Source: Andalucia godoyi And28 (lineage: Eukaryota > Protista > Jakobida). Taken from it: 22,654 bases of DNA. The notes under the pieces were generated by a model. The model made no database searches and was not told where the DNA came from. It saw only the letters and a program-made list of their open reading frames with translations. The translations under genes were made by a program, and so were the position numbers. Shown piece by piece: positions 19,333-22,654 of the stretch. Where the stretch lies: the NCBI GenBank assembly GCA_009859145.1, contig VRVR01000066.1:73910-96563 (forward strand), given 5' to 3'. Each line of letters starts with the position of its first letter. Positions within the stretch are counted from its first letter, which is position 1.

Positions 19333-19917
19333 ATGTCCATGACAAGCCGTGCAGTTTCGTCTTTGTTGAATATTCCACACAAGGACCGGAAAAGACTGAA
19401 AGACCGGCAATCAGAGGTTCTCGAAAGTGGCGTGAATCGGCTGTTTCGCTCGATGCCCTATGCCGGCGAGTTTTCCAAATTGCTCGTCGTGACGATGCAC
19501 TGCCCAAAGTTCAGCAAGAAGGACATCGATTTGTGCATGCAGGTTCGTGAAAACACCGGTGGTCGATTTACCAGCTCGCGGTTCACCAACCCAGATGCCG
19601 AGGATGCTTCGATGGACGCAGTTGCATTGCAAGTCCCGGCGAAACGACCAGCCCAGACGGAGTCGTTGCTTGCGTTTCTGGACCGCAAATTGCAGGTTGG
19701 CTCTTCCACAACGCTCGCGAATGCGCTGCAGGAATACGTCAATGAGGAAACGAAGAGAGCACGGAAACGAGTGCGTCTGTGCTCGGGACACGCAGAGCTT
19801 GTACAAAAGGCTGAAGAAATCGAGAAAGCTGAGAGAGCGGATGCATTCGAGGAGTCGCGGGAAGCATTTCTGGACGCGGAAGCGCACATATGGACGCACG
19901 AAACGGGAGGCCCATAA
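19333..19917 (+). CDS. Hypothetical 194-aa protein with NLS-like basic patches and a charged helical C-terminus
   Basis: aaaATG context after a pyrimidine tract; KDRKRLKDR, PAKRP and KRARKRVR patches; E/K/A-rich helical end. Confidence 0.7.
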   Translation: MSMTSRAVSSLLNIPHKDRKRLKDRQSEVLESGVNRLFRSMPYAGEFSKLLVVTMHCPKFSKKDIDLCMQVRENTGGRFTSSRFTNPDAEDASMDAVALQVPAKRPAQTESLLAFLDRKLQVGSSTTLANALQEYVNEETKRARKRVRLCSGHAELVQKAEEIEKAERADAFEESREAFLDAEAHIWTHETGGP

Positions 19918-19977
19918 AGTAGAATGAAGCGACTTTGGTGCGGAGTATTTCCTTCACTTCCATTTTTGGGTCACTCA

Positions 19978-20446
19978 ATGCACCCTGCAGACGATGCAGC
20001 TTTGTGAGTGCCAGTCAGTTACGGGTTCTGTTTTACTGAGACCCCGGGAATGGAAGCCGCTGTCGCAGATACTTGAAACGGCAGTATTTCCAATACCGGA
20101 AGGATTCTTTGCAGGCTGTCGTTGTCCAGCTGCTTTTATCGGGAAATGCACACAACCTATGAATACTGCAACAGCGATGTTGAGAACTTTATTTTGTGTG
20201 CATCCACCCAGCGGATAGTTCGGCGCGTTTAGTGCGGAGGAAGTGATTGACCATCCATCTTTACTCGGCTTTGCACGTGCTGCGAGTGACGACTATTTCT
20301 GTTTCAGACTGGAGTTCAATAACAGACTTTATGAAATAGAGGAACAAGTCGGTACTTCATTTTCCGTAGATACCCGTAACGCATCGGAGGTGTCTGTGCA
20401 GTGGAAAACAGTTTCAGATGCTCGAGCCTTGCTAACGAACTTTTGA
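19978..20446 (+). CDS. Uncertain hypothetical gene; candidate intron 20004-20040 and an unresolved in-frame TAG at 20216-20218
   Basis: Removing GTGAGT...TTTTACTGAG (37 nt) gives MHPADDAALPREWKPLSQILE...; ORFs 19994-20218 and 20243-20446 are in the same frame, separated by a single TAG. Confidence 0.35.
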
Positions 20447-20581
20447 AGCTCCGCAGCTGCCGCAACGGGTTCCGGTGTATTTGTTGTATCCGCCTTTGCA
20501 GTTGCTCGCTGTACAGTGCTTGGCTCCGCATCCGCTGCAGACGTGCAACTGGTTACCACCACACTTATCACAAGCTCCCAT
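20432..20581 (-). CDS. 49-aa Cys8 zinc-binding microprotein, below the ORF-track size cut-off
   Basis: MGACDKCGGNQLHVCSGCGAKHCTASNCKGGYNKYTGTRCGSCGASKVR*. Spacing is C-x2-C-x7-C-x2-C-x4-C-x4-C-x11-C-x2-C. The aaggATG start context is identical to that of the aquaporin, and a pyrimidine tract lies upstream. Confidence 0.75.
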   Translation of the reverse strand: MGACDKCGGNQLHVCSGCGAKHCTASNCKGGYNKYTGTRCGSCGASKVR

Positions 20582-20770
20582 CCTTGCAACTCTTTATTAC
20601 TTTGCTAGATAACAGACAAAGAAATGTGTAGACCGAGCAAAGGAGGCCAGAACCAAGAAAAATCAGAACAAAATGCTTTTTTAATGTTTGCGGAAAGATT
20701 CAGGTGCTTGCCTTTTTAACGACCTTTTTCTGATCAGAAGACATTCTACAAATTTGTATGATTGACGGTA
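20582..20770. promoter_or_regulatory. Putative bidirectional promoter between the microprotein and the 20771 ORF
   Basis: 189-nt gap with a purine-rich stretch at 20611-20673 followed by a T-rich stretch at 20708-20731 on the + strand; the same layout as 19128-19332. Confidence 0.38.
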
Positions 20771-21244
20771 ATGATGAATCTACCCGCACAAGCAGACTCG
20801 TTCGTTGGCGTGTACGCTGTTCCTCTTCCATTCTGCCGGCAGCGTCCGTTTGCTTTGCAGGTTAGATTGGGGTTCAAAATACGAAGTATTACTGAGCAGA
20901 TGATCAATTATGAAAGTCATATGTGCAATTCGAAACTCATTTTTACAAATCCGAAAGCAGACCTAGGGACGACCAGAACAAGTCATGAGCGAATTGCCAT
21001 TCGACGGGTTGTGGCGTTCTTCCTTGTTGACCCGTCCAGCCGGATTGTCTTCACCGCAGACGTTGTGCATTTGCCACACAAAGTACTGAACAACGAAGCA
21101 AGGTGCAGGATACGCCTCGGCATGATAGTGGAGCGATTTGCCGCCAAAAAGGACCTGAACGAGGAACTGTCGCGTAACGTTAAATTTTGCGAGTATGGAC
21201 GAGGCTGTAAAACGAGCCAGAGCACGATGGAGCCCCCTATATAA
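20771..21244 (+). CDS. Hypothetical 157-aa protein (strand uncertain)
   Basis: Longest frame in the gap, with an upstream pyrimidine tract. Competing minus-strand ORFs (20963-21250, 20983-21276) exist. No family recognised. Confidence 0.35.
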   Translation: MMNLPAQADSFVGVYAVPLPFCRQRPFALQVRLGFKIRSITEQMINYESHMCNSKLIFTNPKADLGTTRTSHERIAIRRVVAFFLVDPSSRIVFTADVVHLPHKVLNNEARCRIRLGMIVERFAAKKDLNEELSRNVKFCEYGRGCKTSQSTMEPPI

Positions 21245-21306
21245 GCACATGCCTTGAACGAAGCCAAGCCTCCCATCGTTCTTTTTCTGGTTATCCTGGT
21301 GAATTT

Positions 21307-22479
21307 TCAGAAAGACTCAATGGTAGAATGTGCGTATCCACTTCTTGCGTCGTCGCTGTAAATGACTACTTTCGGTTGAGCAACGTACGCTGGTTCAACA
21401 TGACTCCAGGCAGGTGCTGAAGGATGAGGACCAACCACGGCAGGTGCCTGATGTTGTTGAGAGGGATGGTACTCGCTGGTAGAAAAGTAAGGATTAGTAC
21501 TGCCCGCAGTTGTGGGAAATCCGACATCCACTGCCGGCGACTTGGGAATAGCAGAATCTGCAGTCTGTTGGGTGGTTGGCAGATCCGAGCTATCGATCTT
21601 GGGATGCTTGCCACGGTAGACGGAAGACAATTTCAGTGCAATCAGATCAACCAGCAGCGCAACTCCAAACATACCGCAAGACGCAGCAGCGAGAGAAAAT
21701 CCAGGTCCATCACGAATACCCCCATTTCGAGACCCCGAACCGGGCGTAAGGGCGGAAACATTTTGGTTTGCCTGGTACTGAATCGTGACGCCACACGCAA
21801 ATACAGCTGCGAGGCAAACCAGCAAGCAGTGAAAGACGAGAAATCTTGACAAGGACACATATGACGCGTACTCCCGTTGAGAGTCAGGAACGGTAGCACA
21901 GAACTGGCATGCATAAGCCATAAACAACGCCCAAGTAATCGCTGAAAGGACACCAAACACAAGAGAAAACACTGCAACAATGTGCAACCCTGCAATCGCA
22001 TCTCGATACGTTTCGAAGGCAGAACATTGACTGTACCCTGCATCACACACAATTTGAACAAAGTCATTCCACTTTTTCGCAACATGATTGGTACAAGCAC
22101 CGGACATGCCAGAGGATGAACAAGTGTCCACATACGCATGGGACAGAGACGCATAAAAGACTCCAAATGGTGCCGAAGCGTCTCCCAACAACTTGTTCAT
22201 TAGTTCCACGTAGGTCGCAGACGCAGATGCTGGTGCTAGTTTGCTGTTCGATGTCCCTGATGCTAACCACATCACCTCGTATGAAGGAGGGAAAGCGGCA
22301 AGGCCTATGCAAATGGTTGCCGGGACTGTGAAGAGAAAAAGAAACATTGTGGTTAGAGTGATGCAAGACTGGTAAGGCTGCCCAAGAAATCCTGCTCTTC
22401 CCGGTCGATGTTGGCTTGGAAATGCAGCAGAGGACGCACCCGAATGACCGCTTCCATGAGAAGGAGGAGGAGCACGCAT
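21307..22479 (-). CDS. Claudin/PMP22/amastin-like four-TM membrane protein with a Pro-rich cytosolic tail
   Basis: Four hydrophobic segments (MFLFLFTVPATICIGLAAF; LHIVAVFSLVFGVLSAITWALFMAY; FLVFHCLLVCLAAVFACGV; GPGFSLAAASCGMFGVALLVDLIAL). The first loop is large with paired Cys, and a GxGFxL signature precedes TM4. Confidence 0.82.
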   Translation of the reverse strand: MRAPPPSHGSGHSGASSAAFPSQHRPGRAGFLGQPYQSCITLTTMFLFLFTVPATICIGLAAFPPSYEVMWLASGTSNSKLAPASASATYVELMNKLLGDASAPFGVFYASLSHAYVDTCSSSGMSGACTNHVAKKWNDFVQIVCDAGYSQCSAFETYRDAIAGLHIVAVFSLVFGVLSAITWALFMAYACQFCATVPDSQREYASYVSLSRFLVFHCLLVCLAAVFACGVTIQYQANQNVSALTPGSGSRNGGIRDGPGFSLAAASCGMFGVALLVDLIALKLSSVYRGKHPKIDSSDLPTTQQTADSAIPKSPAVDVGFPTTAGSTNPYFSTSEYHPSQQHQAPAVVGPHPSAPAWSHVEPAYVAQPKVVIYSDDARSGYAHSTIESF

Positions 22480-22654
22480 GTCTTTTCAGCAAAATGGAAA
22501 AGTCGAGTAGCTGAAACCTCGGGAATCGGAGTCAAGGCCAGCGAAATGCAGAGTGTGCATATTTTTAGTGGGAATCAAGCATCGACTTGACCCGAGTTTG
22601 CGTCTGCTCGAACCCAAACATCCCGATTCGAGAAATTTGGCTTTCTTCTTCCAC

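Noticed and set aside
20329-20631. ORFs 20329-20589 (-), 20316-20531 (-) and 20401-20631 (+)
   Set aside because: They are better explained as alternative frames over the Cys8 microprotein, and they lack ATG starts or coherent motifs.
1-22654. Reassigned genetic code (TGA, TAA or TAG as sense codons)
   Set aside because: About 5100 codons in six long ORFs contain no internal stops, and all three stops end clear genes. A reassigned codon would appear far more often.
1-22654. CRISPR array, rRNA, tRNA, transposase or terminal repeats
   Set aside because: I saw no periodic repeat-spacer units, cloverleaf or rRNA signatures, or transposase or reverse-transcriptase motifs.

Overview
Gene-dense, intron-poor eukaryotic nuclear DNA, probably from a compact-genome protist (the taxon cannot be assigned from the sequence alone). 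Eukaryotic signs are signal peptides with many N-glycosylation sequons, NLS-like basic patches, a eukaryote-type Top2, no Shine-Dalgarno or operon structure, and a few GT-AG intron candidates. Well-supported genes: a type II P-type cation ATPase, a secreted alkaline-phosphatase-superfamily enzyme, a NIP-like aquaporin, a 1978-aa type I surface protein with Asp-box and Ig-like repeats, a DNA topoisomerase II and a claudin/amastin-like tetraspan protein; several hypothetical ORFs are less certain. Two otherwise intact conserved genes each carry one clean break: an in-frame TGA at the conserved Gly of the Top2 GGRNGYGAKL motif, and a -1 frameshift in the ATPase GFxQE motif. Consensus error is the most likely explanation, but pseudogenisation or recoding cannot be excluded without reads. 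Other highlights are an unannotated 49-aa Cys8 microprotein, tandem related palindromes at the ATPase 3' end, a predicted very wide aquaporin filter, and a purine-to-pyrimidine switch between divergent gene pairs. I found no rRNA, tRNA, CRISPR array or transposase.
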